A DNA stretch of 64,000 nucleotides from an uncultured Clostridium sp. GTDB lineage: Bacteria > Bacillota > Clostridia > TANB77 > CAG-508. The stretch covers positions 13,144 to 77,143 of the forward strand of contig CAOKMF010000003.1 in assembly GCA_948469655.1 (NCBI GenBank), read 5' to 3'. Below, one piece after another: positions 46,727-56,715 of this stretch; the stretch's first letter is position 1, and each line of letters starts with the position of its first letter. A model generated the notes under the pieces. It did no database searches and was not told the origin of the DNA. It was given only the letters and a program-made list of their open reading frames with translations. A program made the position numbers and the translations under genes.

Positions 46727-47281
46727 ATGAAAAACAAAAAATTATTATTAATACTAGCTCTAGTGTTGATTTGCGCTTTAATTGTAGTTGTATTTGTGAA
46801 CTTACCGAAAAAAGAAGAGACAGGAACTACTACGGAAATAACACCAAGCGAGGAAATAACTGAAGAGCAAGAAAGACAGACAATGATAGCCTTATATTAT
46901 ACAAATATTGAAACTAATACATTGGTACCTGAAGCAAGGGTAATAGATGCAAAGAGCCTTCTTGAGAATCCATATAAAACTTTAACAGAGTATGTTATAG
47001 AAGCTCCAAGAAATGAAAAATTAAAAAGTAGTATTCCAGAGGGAACAAAAATAAATGGTGCTAGTTTAAATGGAAATACTGTTACTTTGGATTTATCTAA
47101 AGAATTCTTAAATGGTCAAAATGAAGAAAATGCTATTTTAAGTATCTATTCGATAGTAAACACACTAACGGAATTAAACGAAGTTAATAGTGTTAGGATA
47201 TTAATAGATGGTGAAGAAAACATAAGTATAGAAGGTACAAATATATCGCTAAGCGAAGGATTTACTAGATTTGCTACTTAA
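46727..47281 (+). CDS. GerMN-domain (GerM-like) sporulation/germination protein
   Basis: GGAGG RBS, signal anchor and a GerMN-like domain (ALYYTN..LVPE..NTVTLDLSKEF..SIVNTLTEL..V.ILIDGE). Confidence 0.75.
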   Translation: MKNKKLLLILALVLICALIVVVFVNLPKKEETGTTTEITPSEEITEEQERQTMIALYYTNIETNTLVPEARVIDAKSLLENPYKTLTEYVIEAPRNEKLKSSIPEGTKINGASLNGNTVTLDLSKEFLNGQNEENAILSIYSIVNTLTELNEVNSVRILIDGEENISIEGTNISLSEGFTRFAT

Positions 47282-47495
47282 AGAATTTATATAATTTAAT
47301 ATATCTCATAAAGTGTTTATAATTAAAAAGGAAATTCTCGACTTCATTTAAAGAAGCTAGAGTATTTTCTTTTCTTTTTTTAAAACTTAATTTTTGATTT
47401 CCTTTTTGATTGTTTCCTCTTGAATAAAATAAATTATTTTGCATGAATCGCACCTATCCTATTTAAAATTTTTCAAATTTATTGTATAATATACT

Positions 47496-48257
47496 ATGAA
47501 ATTTGTAGGAAAAGGGTTACATATGGAATTAAATGAAGATGAAAGAATAGATGATTTAGAAATAAATAATCTAAAAATAATACAAAATAAAAACTGGTTT
47601 TGCTTTGGGATAGATAGTGTTTTATTATCAGATTTTGCGAAAGAGATACATAAGGGAAGTAATATATTAGACTTGGGTGCAGGAAATGGAATTTTAGAAT
47701 TACTTTTATCAGCTAAAGTAGAAAAATCTACGATAACAGGAATAGAAATACAAGAAGAAGTTTGCAATCTAGTAAGAAGAAATGTAGCTTTAAACAATTT
47801 AGAAGATAGAATTAAGATAAAAAATATAAATGTAAAAGATTTAGAAGAAGATAGGAAATATGATGCGGTAGTAACAAATCCTCCTTATAAAGAAAATGGA
47901 ACAGGTCTTAAAAATGAAAAGGAAACCAAGGTTATAGCAAGACATGAGATACTTGGAAATTTAGAAGATTTTATAAAATCAGGAAGTAATAATTTGAAGG
48001 ATAAAGGTGCAATGTATATGGTGAATAGACCCGAAAGACTTGCTGATGTTATGGAGTATTCTAGAAAATATAGATTAGAACCAAAAGAGCTTAGAATGGT
48101 TTATTCAAAAGTAAATTCAAATCCTGTGCTTATCTTAATTAAAATGGTTAAAAATGCAAATAAGTATTTAAAAGTTAGAGAACCTTTATATATTTATAAT
48201 GAAAATGGTGAATATTCAGAGGAAATATTGAAGATATATGGTAAGGAGAAAGAGTAA
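47496..48257 (+). CDS. SAM-dependent tRNA (adenine-N6)-methyltransferase-like protein (YfiC/TrmN6 type)
   Basis: SAM-binding motif LDLGAGNG and catalytic NPPY (DAVVTNPPY). The start may be the second ATG at 47523. Confidence 0.75.
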   Translation: MKFVGKGLHMELNEDERIDDLEINNLKIIQNKNWFCFGIDSVLLSDFAKEIHKGSNILDLGAGNGILELLLSAKVEKSTITGIEIQEEVCNLVRRNVALNNLEDRIKIKNINVKDLEEDRKYDAVVTNPPYKENGTGLKNEKETKVIARHEILGNLEDFIKSGSNNLKDKGAMYMVNRPERLADVMEYSRKYRLEPKELRMVYSKVNSNPVLILIKMVKNANKYLKVREPLYIYNENGEYSEEILKIYGKEKE

Positions 48258-48259
48258 TA

Positions 48260-49076
48260 ATGAATGGGAAATTATATTTAGTTGCAACTCCAATTGGAAA
48301 TTTAGAAGATATTACATTAAGAGCGATTAGAATTTTAAAAGAAGTAGATATAATTGCTTCTGAAGATACAAGACAGACTCTTAAATTATTGAATCATTTA
48401 GAAATAAAAAAACATTTGATTAGCTATCATAGGCATAGCACAGACGAAAAACAAGAGGAAATAATAGAAGAAATAAAAAGAGGAAAAAATATTGCAATTG
48501 TTTCTGATGCAGGGACACCAGTTATTTCAGACCCAGGAGAGGATATAGTTAAAATAGCATTATCTGAGGGAATAGAGGTTATACCTATTCCTGGTGCATG
48601 TGCTTTAATTACAGCGCTTATAGCTTCTGGAATAGATGCAAAGGAGTTCTCATTTTTAGGTTTTTTATCTACAAATAAAAAAATAAGACAAGAGAAACTA
48701 GAAGAAATAAAGTTAGCTAAAAATACACTTATTTTGTATGAAGCTCCACATAAATTAAAAGAAACATTAAAAGACTTAAGTAAAATTACAGGTACAAGAA
48801 AGATAGTACTTGCAAGAGAACTTACAAAAATACATGAAGAATTTATTTTTGGTACAGCAGAAGAACTTTTAGAAAAAATGCAAGAACCAAGGGGTGAGTT
48901 TGTAATTATTATTGAGAAGGCTAAGCTAGAAGATAGGAATATATTTGAAGAAATGACAATTGAAGAACATTATAAATATTATGAGAGACTACGGATTAGA
49001 TAAAAAAGAGATTATTAAGCAGATTGCAAAGGATAGAAATGTTCAAAAAAATGAGATATATAAAAAGTTTGTGTAA
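48260..49076 (+). CDS. rsmI: 16S rRNA (cytidine1402-2'-O)-methyltransferase RsmI; one CGG +1 event
   Basis: N-terminus GKLYLVATPIGNLEDITLRA. CGG at 48992-48994 joins ..YYERL to G-LDKKEIIKQIAKDRNVQKNEIYKKFV. Length 817-1=816 nt. Confidence 0.9.
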
Positions 49077-49082
49077 ATATGA

Positions 49083-49118
49083 AAAAGAGGTACAAATTGA
49101 TAAAATGTACCTCTTTTC
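49083..49118. terminator. bidirectional terminator between rsmI and abrB
   Basis: AAAAGAGGTACA..TGTACCTCTTTT hairpin. Confidence 0.75.
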
Positions 49119-49125
49119 ATACTAT

Positions 49126-49377
49126 TTATTTATCTAAGCTAGAAATTTTCTCTTTACATTTAGAACATATCATTTTATTATCAAAAGAAAGTAAATCTTT
49201 ATCGCTTCCACAAATTATACAACTAGAATTAGATTTTTTTAAGACGATAGAAGAACCATCAACAAATATTTCTAAAGGATCCTTTTCAGAAATCCCTAAT
49301 TTGTTTCTAAGTTCCATAGGTATTACAATTCTACCAAGTTCATCTACTTTCCTAGTGATTCCGGTTGATTTTACCAT
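49126..49377 (-). CDS. abrB: transition-state regulator AbrB (SpoVT/AbrB domain)
   Basis: AAAGGAGG RBS. Translation MVKSTGITRKVDELGRIVIPMELRNKLGI. The longer track ORF is an upstream extension. Confidence 0.9.
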   Translation of the reverse strand: MVKSTGITRKVDELGRIVIPMELRNKLGISEKDPLEIFVDGSSIVLKKSNSSCIICGSDKDLLSFDNKMICSKCKEKISSLDK

Positions 49378-49890
49378 AAGCTTTCCTCCTTTTAACATAC
49401 TGTAAACTAAATTACGTCTATAGTATTTTAACTATAAGTTATATATTAATTTATATAATAACACATTTTTTTACATTAATCAATAATTTTAGAGCAAATA
49501 AGACAAAATAAGATAAAAGAATTACAGGAGTTTAGACACTCCTGTAAAGTTAGATATATAACTCCGGTTGGAGGTCTGTAGAGGACACCTTTCGCAGATA
49601 ATATATAAAATGGGGGTCGCGAAAGAGAAGATAAAAAAATTTTTTTAAATCCCCTACAAAAATAAAAACTTTAATTATAAATATTTTACTAAAACTGCAC
49701 GCAAAATAAATCCGCTTTATACAGGATTGCAAAATATTTTGATTAATTCATATAATTTGGAAAATATTTTGGGTGAATACCCTTAAAAAATAAATTTAAA
49801 TATATGATTGTGTTAAAGCCAAAGATGTTTTAGCTAAATTAAAAATTTGAATAATAACTAAATTTATAATATTCCATAATTAGACAAAAG

Positions 49891-50433
49891 TCAAGAAAAA
49901 GACGTCGACATAAGCTGACAAAATGCGACAGATACAAGCATTCCGGACCACATCTGCAATAAGTGCAGCTACTAAAACAAAACGTATTTTCTTTATTTTA
50001 ACTGCGCTTGTATAAATAGCTATTGTGTATAAAGTTGTTTCTGTAGAACCCATGATAGTAGAAGCCATGGTTCCGAATAAGGCTATCAACACCAAAATTT
50101 TTCATAATATCTAATGCAACAGCGGTAGAAGCGCTTCCAGATATTGGCCTAATTAACATTAGAGGAAGCAAGTTTGATGGCACATTTAATAAATTTAATA
50201 AAGGAGATAGAATCCTCTCAAATAAGTCTAATATGCCGGAGATCCTAAGTGCAGAAACTGCTAAAAATAATCCTACAAGAGTTGGAAATATTTGGATTAC
50301 AGTTTTCATTCCATCTTTTGCGCCGAACTATAAAACTGTCAAAAACTTTTACTTTTTCTGCAAATCCGTAGGCAATTATATAAAAAATAGTAAAAGGAAC
50401 TGCAATTATAGATATGTAATTGATAATGCTCAA
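49891..50433 (-). CDS. spmB: spore maturation protein B (nucleoside-recognition domain); three CGG +1 events
   Basis: GGGAGG RBS with TTG start. Plus-strand CCG at 50323-50325 (DSFIV-G-AKDGMKTV), 50073-50075 (VDSLI-G-TMASTIMGSTETT) and 49943-49945 (IADVV-G-MLVSVAF). Length 543-3=540 nt. Confidence 0.85.
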
Positions 50434-50450
50434 AGTGCACCTCCCGTAAA

Positions 50451-51030
50451 TTATTTGCCAAGTTTGATAAATATTTTGGCAGTAATTATTGCTACAAATG
50501 CAGCAGAAAATGTTGCAACCCATACTGGTAAAATAATATTTGTAGGGTTTGTAGAATTTAAAGAAGCTCTAATTGATATAACTGTAGTTGGAATAAGTTG
50601 CAAAGATGCAGTATTTAGCAAAACTAACATTGCCATAGAATTACTTAAAATATTTTCTTTTAGATTTTTCTTTTGCAAGGATTCCATTGCTTTAAGACCA
50701 AGAGGAGTTGAAGCGTTTCCAAGACCTAAAATATTTGCAATCATATTTAAAGAAATTTCTTCATGTGCAGGGTCATTTTCAGATACATCAGGGAATAGAA
50801 ATTTAATTAGAGGTTTTAAGCATTTGGCAAGTTTAGCAGACAAAGAAGAGTCCTTTGCAATTTGCATAATTCCGCACCAAAGTGTAATTGTTCCAAAAAA
50901 AGTAATTGTAAGCTCTACAGCAGATGATGCTGATTCAAATATTCCGAGTGTTTACATTTTCTAGATTTCCTGAAAATAGAGCATATGCATATGAAATTAT
51001 AATAAAGATGGGCCATAAAATGTTTAACAT
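50451..51030 (-). CDS. spmA: spore maturation protein A; one CGG +1 event
   Basis: Plus-strand CCG at 50944-50946 joins MLNILWPIFIIISYAYALFSGNLENVNT to G-IFESASSAVELTITFFG. Length 580-1=579 nt. Confidence 0.85.
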
Positions 51031-51319
51031 GTAACAATTTCCTAAATCTTAAATTTTTATTAAATAAGAAAAATCGTAGATTTTTGCTATTTAACAAGGT
51101 TAATTTACCTTGGACTGTGCATATTTGCGAAGCAAAATGCACATGTGGACGTCGGAAGCTTCGCTTCCGCTAACGTCCAATTTTCTTATACTATTATATT
51201 AAAAAAAGTATATAAATATAACAAAAGAAAAGTTTTTTAATTTATAAATAAACATATTGTAAAGAGTAAAATTTTGTGGTAATATGTAATTATATACGAA
51301 AGAAGGGGTTTTGTAAGGT

Positions 51320-52887
51320 ATGAGAAGAAGAACAAATAGAAAAATGGTACTAACAATTAGGCTTTTGGTAGTCTTTCTTATTTTAGGCTTTTTTTCAATA
51401 ATATTTGCTTTAATTTATTCTACAAATCCAAATATAGTAAGTAATATCAAAATTAATAATATAAAAGTTTCAGGACTAAGTAGAAGTGAGACGATATCAA
51501 AATTTGAAGAAGTAATTAATAACATTGAGGAAGAAGAAATAGTACTGAAACATGGTGAAAATGAGAAAAAGTTTACACTAAAGGGGATGGAACTACAAAC
51601 AGATATAGTAGAAAAAATCAATAAAGCATGTAAAATAGGAAGAGATGGAAATATAATTGCTAATAATTACCAAATAATTGCTACTTTAATTAAAGGAGAA
51701 AATTTAGAAATAGATGTAAAATTTAATGAAGAGATTCTTCAAAGTATATTTAGCAATTTAGATGATGAATGGAATGAAACTTTTGTAAATAATAGTTATT
51801 ACATAGATAATGATAAATTAGTTATTGTTAAAGGCAAAACAGGAGCTGTTGTTGATGAAGAGGGGTTAAAAAAGGAACTTATTAGTCTTGTTAGGGGTAA
51901 GATAGAGGGAAAAGATATAAATCAAATAGAAATACCTGTTATACAAAAAGAACCTGATAAAATTGACTTAGAAAGCATACAAAAAGAAATATATAAAGAA
52001 GCTCAAAATGCCTCATATGACGAAAAAACATCAAAGCTAACTGTACATTCAGATGGAGTAGATTTTGGAATAGGGGTAGAAGAAGCAAAGAATATAATTT
52101 CAGAAGATAAAGAAGAATATATAATTCCACTTAAAATAACAAGACCTGCAATAACAACAGATATGCTTGGAGAAGATGCTTTCCCAAATGTACTTGCAAG
52201 TTTTTCAACAAGATTTGACCCAAGTAATAAAAATAGAGCTACAAATATAGATTTAGCAGCAAAAGCAATAAATGGTACAGTACTAATGCCAGGAGAAAGA
52301 TTTTCATTTAATAATGTTGTTGGTCCTACAACAGCGTCAAAAGGATATTTACTTGCCGGAGCATATTCAGCAGGAGAACTTGTAGAAAATTACGGAGGAG
52401 GGATTTGCCAAGTATCAAGTACAGTATACAATGTAGTTTTATATGCAAATCTTGAAATTGTAGAAAGATATAATCATTCTTCTGTAGTATCATACTTAGA
52501 TCCTGGAAGAGATGCAACAATATCTTATGGGTCAAAGGATTTTAAATTTTTAAATTCTAGAAAGTATGCAATAAAATTAAATGCAAGAGCAACAAATCGG
52601 AATATTAGAAGTAGAGATACGAGGAATTGCAGAAGATGAAGAATATGATATAGAAATTGCAAGTGAGAAAACAGAAACCATTCTAGCAAACACCAAATAT
52701 ATTTATGATAGCACTTTAGCTGAAGGTCAGGAAGTTGTAAAAGCATATCGGAGCTAATGGAGCAAAAAGTAGAACATATAAAATTGTAAAGAAAAATGGA
52801 AGAATATTGTCAAAAACTATACTTTCAGAAGACAGTTATAACCCTATGACGAAGGTGATTAGAACTGGAAGTAAAGGTAAAAATTAA
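51320..52887 (+). CDS. VanW-family protein with a C-terminal G5-like region; two CGG +1 events
   Basis: TM anchor. VanW core motif (GGGICQVSSTVYN). CGG at 52598-52600 (ARATN-G-ILEVEIRG) and 52749-52751 (VVKAY-G-ANGAKSRTYKIV). Length 1568-2=1566 nt. Confidence 0.85.
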
Positions 52888-52916
52888 ATAATTATAAAGT
52901 AAGAGGAGAGATAAAA

Positions 52917-53529
52917 ATGGAAAAAGAAAATGTATTATCACAAAATATGCGTGATTACTCAAAAGCTATGGATGTTTTGCAAGTTATATTAATTGGAATA
53001 TCTGCACTAATTGTTCCAACATTTTTAGCAAGTCTAATAAATTCAGTATTTGGACAAAATAGCTGGATTGCTTCACATTCACAAATTATTGTCGGTTCAA
53101 TTGTAAATATAGCTTTAATTGTGACAGCTATAAATGTAAAAGGCTTGCAAAAGATTGCTTTAGTAATTACACTTCCAAGTATTTCTACGATACTTGGTGG
53201 GTATGTATTTAAAACAGCTTCGGTATATATGGCATATATGATACCTGCGATATGGGTGGGAAATTTTATGCTTGTATATTTATATAAATTGCTATTATTG
53301 AAAAAGAGTATTAATTACTTCTTAACAGGAGTAATTGCTATAGCTGTAAAAGTACGGAATTATTTTCTTAGGATTTAATTTATTAAATGTATTTGGAATA
53401 TTCCCTGCAAAACTTATAGAAAACTTAAAAGTTGCAATGGGATGGACACAAGCACTTACAGCGAGTATTGCAATGTTTATAACATATACAATATATTTTG
53501 CAAATAAGAGAAGTTTAGAAACTAAATAA
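52917..53529 (+). CDS. polytopic membrane protein of unknown function; one CGG +1 event
   Basis: GGAGAG RBS. CGG at 53355-53357 joins ..IAIAVKV to G-IIFLGFNLLNVFGIFPAK. Length 613-1=612 nt. A terminator hairpin follows at 53538-53575. Confidence 0.6.
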
Positions 53530-53674
53530 TTAAAAAAAGAGCGAGTCTTTAAATTAAGTATGTAGGGCTCGCTCTTGTAAAAAAGTATTGACAAAATGAA
53601 AAAATGATATTATAATAAATATCGCTGATAAATGCATATATTACAGTTATATCAGGACTTAAGTAAATAAATTT

Positions 53675-53750
53675 GGGTGACTAGCTCAGTTGGTAGAGCA
53701 GCTGACTCTTAATCAGAAGGTCCAGGGTTCGATCCCCTGGTTGCCCACCA
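53675..53750 (+). tRNA. tRNA-Lys(CUU)
   Basis: TTGACA and TATAAT promoter upstream. Anticodon loop CTCTTAA, TTCGATC T-loop, CCA end. A terminator hairpin follows at 53753-53781. Confidence 0.9.
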
Positions 53751-53822
53751 AGAAAAGAAAGGTTTTTAGACCTTTCTTTTTACGACTAAAGCTTTTTCAA
53801 AAGTTTTCCATAGCTTTTAAAT

Positions 53823-54461
53823 TTAAGCTAGTTTATTAATTACTGTGAATACTACTTGTTTTACTGTTGGTCTAATGTCATCTGGAAAATTAAAATATTC
53901 TTGTAGTCTTGTAGAATCACTTTCATAGTACATGTGCTCAGTTGCTTTATTTATACTACTTTTTACATTGTATACAGATTTGTCATATTTCTTAGCGATT
54001 ATAGGGTATATTACAGATTGTAAATCATCTACCATACTATTTTGTTTACTATAAAGTTGTAAGATAGTGTCTAATAAATAGTGACTTCCTTTGTATTTAA
54101 ATCTATAACCTATGTACTCCAATTCTCTCATAATATTTACTCTTTTTCTTTCTAAGTCTCCATCATGCAAAATAAAGTTTATGTTGTTTAAAACATTTTG
54201 ATTAAGCAATTTGCAAGATTTACTATATGATACTATTACAATGACATCTTGAAATTGCTTAATGAATTCTATTGAGCATTCCTTTTCAATACTTTTATCA
54301 ACTATAACCATATCTATATTTGAGCAGTTTATAAGTTTGTCCATTTCAGATTTACTTGTTAATACCTTTGAGATGTTTAGATTTAAACTAAGTTTTTCTA
54401 GTTCAATAAGTAACTTCTTGACTAAATTGATATTTTCTGTTATAACTATTGTGTTTACCAT
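53823..54461 (-). CDS. Spo0A-C-like DNA-binding regulator with a degenerate (pseudo-)receiver domain
   Basis: The C-terminus resembles Spo0A_C (IGYRFKYKGSHYLLDTI..IYPIIAKKYDKSVYNVKSSINKATEHMY). The N-terminal receiver lacks the acidic pair (TENIN in place of DD). Confidence 0.6.
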   Translation of the reverse strand: MVNTIVITENINLVKKLLIELEKLSLNLNISKVLTSKSEMDKLINCSNIDMVIVDKSIEKECSIEFIKQFQDVIVIVSYSKSCKLLNQNVLNNINFILHDGDLERKRVNIMRELEYIGYRFKYKGSHYLLDTILQLYSKQNSMVDDLQSVIYPIIAKKYDKSVYNVKSSINKATEHMYYESDSTRLQEYFNFPDDIRPTVKQVVFTVINKLA

Positions 54462-54631
54462 TATAAAATTCCTCCTTAAAAATTTTCTCTATATATTAGA
54501 GTCGAATAATGACGAAAAAGGTTTCAAAAATATTAAAATTTTTTCATTTTTTTTTCTTTTTAACTCCTTTTGTCGAAAAATACTAGATATTACTATAATT
54601 TCACCATAGAAATTAAAGGAGGTATAAATCT

Positions 54632-55039
54632 ATGAAGAAAATTTGCATTAAAATTCTAGCATGCTTATTTATCGCATTAAGCACTATTTCAATGGTATCT
54701 ATGTATATGCCAGTTAGCGCTTCTAGCATAGAACCTTATACATATTATACAGAACATTTTTCATTTAAAGGGACTTGTAGTTTTGGAGAAGATTGCTCAG
54801 GGATGTTTGTAAATGTTAAAGTTAAAGCAACAGCATCTAATAATAATAATGAAACAATAACATTACAAGTTCTTGTTTCAAATACAGGAAAAACACATAA
54901 ATATACATTTTTAAGTGATGGACAATACCATGAATATAAAAATATCTATTTAGGATTATCTGGAGGAAGTAATGTAGGATTTGCACTTACTGGAGCGAAT
55001 CCAGAAATAACAATAACTGTAGATATGATAATAACATAA
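54632..55039 (+). CDS. small secreted protein of unknown function
   Basis: AGGAGG RBS, signal peptide (..VSASS) and a 135-codon ORF. Confidence 0.55.
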   Translation: MKKICIKILACLFIALSTISMVSMYMPVSASSIEPYTYYTEHFSFKGTCSFGEDCSGMFVNVKVKATASNNNNETITLQVLVSNTGKTHKYTFLSDGQYHEYKNIYLGLSGGSNVGFALTGANPEITITVDMIIT

Positions 55040-55064
55040 AAAGATAGAAATAAATATACAATAT

Positions 55065-55100
55065 AAAAAAGGTTCACTTGATTGTAAGTGAACCTTTTTT
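55065..55100. terminator. bidirectional intrinsic terminator
   Basis: AAAAAAGGTTCACTT..AAGTGAACCTTTTTT hairpin. Confidence 0.75.
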
Positions 55101-55105
55101 GAGAT

Positions 55106-56503
55106 CTAATTTCTAATTAGCTTGTATTCATTATCATCTATTACTAATTTTAAATTTTTACATTCCTCATTATTAAATAATGAGGTAATAAAATAATTAA
55201 AAGAATAAGAACTATCATAAAAATATATAGTATTAAAATCACATTTATATGAATTATCCTTTTCGTCAATCAAGTGTATATTATTAGGTTTAGTAAAGTC
55301 ATTTGTTTTCACTATTGCATAAAATCCAGTTTCAGTAATAATTGCTTTTTCTATCTCGGGACTTTCTGAAATATATGTTGTATAATTTCTGTTTATAAAT
55401 TTATCAGATAATTCAATTTTAAAGTTAACATTTCCAGATATATCAGAAAAATCCTTATGTCCTAAGAAAGATTTACTTAAGAATTCTATTTTTGATAAAC
55501 TAATATCTAAAGTTTTTGAAACTGGAAGACTATCTGTATACATATAAATTAGAACTTTAAGATTGTTATTTTGATTTTCTATTATCTTTACAGAACATAT
55601 CTTTCTATATTGATTAGAAAACATATCTGACCTATCACAAATAATATTACCATTTTCATCTACTATCTTTAAATCAGGGAAAGATACATCTGTAACTTTA
55701 CTAATATCTTTTTCAGATGTAATATTAAGTACCATATACAAATTCATTTCATCCATAAGTAAATAATCAGGAGTTATTTTGTATCCATTACCCAAATCAA
55801 TAGTGCCAACATCTACTTCTTGAAACCATTCCAAATGTTCGATTGCCATTAACACACCAGAATTATCTTTACCCATACTATCTAAATTAAACAAACTTTG
55901 AATGTAGCTTATTATACTTACAGCAATTACACTTGCTCCAACAAGTACGCATAGTATAAGCATAAGGATAGTAGCTGGTTTGTAAACTTTCTTAATTTTA
56001 TTTCTACCTCTAGATAAAATTGTTTTAATAGTATTTTCATTCATCTTAAGTTTACTCGCTATTTGCTTAATACTAAGTCCGTCTTCATAGTGAAGTCTAA
56101 ATATTGTTTTCGCTTTTTCATCTAAAGAATCAATCATAGTATCAAAATCTAAATTATCTTCAAAGTATTCTATAGTCTGATTAGAATTTACATACTTTTC
56201 ATCAATTTCAGATTTCCTTTTATGCTTAGAATAAGTTTGATTACATTTATTAATGAGTATTTTAGTTATCCAAGTCTTGAATAGCTTATTATCTTTAAGT
56301 TTATGAATTCCAATATATGCATTTATTATAGTTTCTTGTACTGCATCTTTACTATCTTCAGAATTTTTAAGTCTAGAGTATGCTACTTTATATAAATCAT
56401 TTTGTATAGAAACTATAAGTTTTGAATAAGCATCTTTATCTTCATTCTTTGCTTTTTCTACTAAATCCTCGATTTCAACTTTTACTTCATCTTCTAATTC
56501 CAT
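55106..56503 (-). CDS. ECF-type sigma-70 factor fused to a TM segment and a large extracytoplasmic domain
   Basis: Sigma region 2 (DAVQETIINAY) and region 4 HTH (GLSIKQIASKLKMNENTIKTILSRGR), then a TM helix and about 270 residues of C-terminal domain. Start is at the second ATG, after AGGTGA. Confidence 0.75.
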   Translation of the reverse strand: MELEDEVKVEIEDLVEKAKNEDKDAYSKLIVSIQNDLYKVAYSRLKNSEDSKDAVQETIINAYIGIHKLKDNKLFKTWITKILINKCNQTYSKHKRKSEIDEKYVNSNQTIEYFEDNLDFDTMIDSLDEKAKTIFRLHYEDGLSIKQIASKLKMNENTIKTILSRGRNKIKKVYKPATILMLILCVLVGASVIAVSIISYIQSLFNLDSMGKDNSGVLMAIEHLEWFQEVDVGTIDLGNGYKITPDYLLMDEMNLYMVLNITSEKDISKVTDVSFPDLKIVDENGNIICDRSDMFSNQYRKICSVKIIENQNNNLKVLIYMYTDSLPVSKTLDISLSKIEFLSKSFLGHKDFSDISGNVNFKIELSDKFINRNYTTYISESPEIEKAIITETGFYAIVKTNDFTKPNNIHLIDEKDNSYKCDFNTIYFYDSSYSFNYFITSLFNNEECKNLKLVIDDNEYKLIRN

Positions 56504-56715
56504 AATTTTTTCACCTACCATAAATTAAAATATTATTTAAAATTATATACTATAAAATTAGATTTGTACCAAAAAGATAAAAAAAAGTAAAGAATAACGC
56601 TTATAGTAGAAGTGAATATAAGTTAATATTAACTACACAATAAAACTTAGATTTAGTATAGACTTTTGATATGAACATTTGATATAATATAAATCTAAGA
56701 GAGGTATAAAAATAT

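Noticed and set aside
50233-51142. Plus-strand ORF 50233-50964 (243 aa) and minus-strand ORF 50915-51142, both over the spmA/spmB locus.
   Set aside because: The minus strand encodes recognisable SpmA and SpmB once the CGG rule is applied. The plus-strand ORF is a shadow ORF, and 50915-51142 is an out-of-frame upstream extension.
1041-53750. One of the seven tRNA genes in the window could be the decoder, either an expanded anticodon loop or a Gly/Arg identity.
   Set aside because: Manual folding gives Thr(UGU), Glu(UUC), Lys(UUU), Ser(UGA), Ser(CGA), Ser(GCU) and Lys(CUU). All have standard 7-nt anticodon loops, so the responsible factor is not encoded in this window.
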